Shown here: piece after piece, positions 52,990 to 54,529 of the stretch
Position numbering within the stretch: the first letter of the stretch is position 1
Layout: every line of letters starts with the position of its first letter
Assembly (NCBI GenBank): GCA_964531405.1
Contig: CAZHHK010000002.1
Coordinates: 1 to 54,529, forward strand
From: an uncultured Spirochaetales bacterium
GTDB lineage: Bacteria; Spirochaetota; GWE2-31-10; JAFGQB01
Reading direction: 5' to 3'
Length of the DNA: 54,529 nucleotides
Position numbers and translations under genes: made by a program
The notes under the pieces: model-generated
The model's database searches: none
Told to the model about the DNA's origin: nothing
The model's input: the letters and a program-made list of their open reading frames with translations, nothing else

Positions 52990-53904
52990 CTATATGCCGG
53001 TATATCTTAAGTATGCGATTATATAATTAACCGGATTTATTAAATTTAGCATAATTATTATAGCAAATGTTATTAATATCCCAGCGACAATAAAAGGAAT
53101 AACTTTTATTTTTCTTTCATTAAGAAACATTATTGTTAAAATAGACAACCCGGCTGCCATTATTATAAAACTTAAAATATAATTAAGGATTGCATTATGA
53201 TTCTCTAAAAAATATGAAAACTGAAGCAGATAGATATTTATTAAATTTAATGATCCAAAGATTATAAGTATACCAATAATTATTATAAATATTCCGGATA
53301 TGATTTTAATAATGTTAGAATGTTTTTTAAAAAAATCTAATAATGGTTTCATGTAATTAAAAAATAGTGCTGTTATAAAAAACGGGAGCCCCAATCCAAT
53401 CGAATAAATCAATAAAAATACTATACCTTTTAATATTGATCCCTGAATTGCAACCAATCCTAAAATTGTAGCCAGGATTGGTCCAACACACGGACTCCAT
53501 CCTGATGCAAAAGCCATTCCCATAAACAATGAGCCTATTGAATTGATCTTTATTTTAGTGAAATCAAATTTTTTCTGCTGGTTTAAAAAAAATAATTTAA
53601 TGACTCCCGATATATGAAGCCCGAAAATAACAATTATAATACCAAATATTATATTAAGGTAAAATTTAATGTTTTTGGCTAAAAAAAACAAAAGACTGGT
53701 CAATATTCCGAGTGTAATAAATACTATTGAAAATCCAAGAATGAATAATAATACATTTATTATGTAATCCTTTCTGTTATCATTCTGACTGTCGACTTTT
53801 AAACCTGTTATATAAAAAATATAAGCCGGTATGAGAGGGAGAATACATGGCGATATAAAGGTTAATAATCCGGCAAAAAATGACATTATGGTTAAATTTA
53901 TCAT
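52990..53904 (-). CDS. ccdA: Cytochrome c biogenesis / thiol-disulfide electron transporter CcdA (DsbD transmembrane domain) with extra C-terminal TM segments
   Basis: 304 aa. Contains FFAGLLTFISPCILPLIP (first Cys) and ASGWSPCVGPILA (second Cys). It is 4 nt downstream of a TlpA-like gene. Confidence 0.75.
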   Translation of the reverse strand: MINLTIMSFFAGLLTFISPCILPLIPAYIFYITGLKVDSQNDNRKDYIINVLLFILGFSIVFITLGILTSLLFFLAKNIKFYLNIIFGIIIVIFGLHISGVIKLFFLNQQKKFDFTKIKINSIGSLFMGMAFASGWSPCVGPILATILGLVAIQGSILKGIVFLLIYSIGLGLPFFITALFFNYMKPLLDFFKKHSNIIKIISGIFIIIIGILIIFGSLNLINIYLLQFSYFLENHNAILNYILSFIIMAAGLSILTIMFLNERKIKVIPFIVAGILITFAIIIMLNLINPVNYIIAYLRYTGI

Positions 53905-53908
53905 GACA

Positions 53909-54466
53909 TTACTTCAATAATTCATCTATTAATGCTTTTACATCACCGGAATTCCATTCCCGACCGCCGATAAAGCCTGCAATAATGTATCCTTCCTTAT
54001 CAATAAGGTATGTCGTAGGAATAGAACCTGAAGAATAATATTTGCTTATTTCGTTATATAGATCTATATAAATAGGGAAATTATAAGAACCCTTTACAAA
54101 ATTTTTTACAGTATCAAAATTCTCTCCCTGGCTTACGGCTATGATAGAAAGATCTTTATTTTTATATTCATTATATAATTTTTCGATTGAAGGCATTTCT
54201 GCTCTGCACGGAGGGCACCAGGTAGCCCATAAATTAAGCATGATTACCTTGCCTGAAAAATCGGATAATCTTGCCTGTTTATTATGCAAATTCAAAATCC
54301 GTGCATCAAAAAATTTTGTTGTTTTTTTTGGTACTCTGCCGCTTAGAGCAGTAATTAACTGTGTAACCTTTGTTTTATCGTATTTATTTTTTTTATCATT
54401 GTCCCCTGCATTAATTAACAATATTAATAAAATTAAAATGGAGAATAAAATAATAAATTTTTTCAT
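53909..54466 (-). CDS. TlpA/ResA-family thiol-disulfide oxidoreductase (membrane-anchored thioredoxin-like)
   Basis: 185 aa with an N-terminal anchor. Contains the WATWCPPC active site and a thioredoxin fold (GKVIMLNLWATWCPPCRAEMP...IPTTYLIDKEG). Confidence 0.8.
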   Translation of the reverse strand: MKKFIILFSILILLILLINAGDNDKKNKYDKTKVTQLITALSGRVPKKTTKFFDARILNLHNKQARLSDFSGKVIMLNLWATWCPPCRAEMPSIEKLYNEYKNKDLSIIAVSQGENFDTVKNFVKGSYNFPIYIDLYNEISKYYSSGSIPTTYLIDKEGYIIAGFIGGREWNSGDVKALIDELLK

Positions 54467-54529
54467 TGATATTTCTCCTCCTATAAAAAGTCAAGCCCCA
54501 TTAAAAGAGCCTGCTAATTTTTTATTTAT

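Noticed and set aside
1-54529. Scan for CRISPR arrays, tRNA/rRNA genes, transposases, integrases, reverse transcriptases, toxin-antitoxin pairs and restriction-modification genes
   Set aside because: No regularly spaced direct repeats, GC-rich cloverleaf-sized islands or recognisable mobile or defence enzyme motifs were seen. The only sizeable repeat is the intragenic rnpB pair. A by-eye scan cannot exclude small or degenerate elements.

Overview
Visibly AT-rich bacterial chromosomal segment with about 50 tightly packed protein genes and one clear RNA gene. By eye I found no rRNA, tRNA, CRISPR array, transposase, integrase or reverse transcriptase.

Recognisable content, in order:
- ECF sigma factor (cut by the window edge) plus an LTXXQ periplasmic protein.
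- A co-directional minus-strand block: Ldh_2 dehydrogenase, LacI-type-sensor GGDEF cyclase, two unknowns, deoC, udp.
- PhoB/PhoR/PstS with 11-bp-phased Pho-box-like hexamers.
- MarR, MMPL/RND transporter, LolA-like protein and outer-membrane protein, with two matching operator palindromes.
- A second GGDEF protein, a small GHKL-like protein with no ATG start, a Cof-type HAD hydrolase, a DUF4015-like glycoside hydrolase, an ABC-F ATPase and an SDR epimerase.
- trmB, a tiny Cys-rich protein and a 1977-aa K/E/N-rich giant protein.
- A three-gene unit: metallophosphoesterase, class-III-cyclase-like protein, YiiD-type thioesterase.
- COG1579 zinc-ribbon protein, RNase HI, RNase P RNA; then a PilZ protein.
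- trpE and a trpG-trpD fusion.
- A divergent split transketolase plus a RuBisCO-like protein.
- ispD/ispF behind a GAF-like gene, an 822-aa hyper-acidic protein, and CcdA/TlpA.

Most unusual observations:
1. The RNase P RNA is about 627 nt. It carries three ~110-nt AT-rich helical expansions at P3, P9 and P12. The P3 and P12 arms are near-identical copies of each other, and the RNA's 5' end lies inside the rnhA coding sequence.
2. The phosphoesterase/cyclase-like/thioesterase unit sits next to the giant protein gene and could be an uncharacterised nucleotide-signalling module.
3. A RuBisCO-like protein is paired with a transketolase whose canonical His motifs appear substituted.
4. A LacI-effector-domain GGDEF enzyme is embedded in a nucleoside-catabolism block.

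F-[FL]-S-C lipoboxes and the density of c-di-GMP genes weakly suggest a spirochaete-like organism, but taxonomy cannot be settled from this window. All functional calls rest on by-eye motif recognition; no searches were run.
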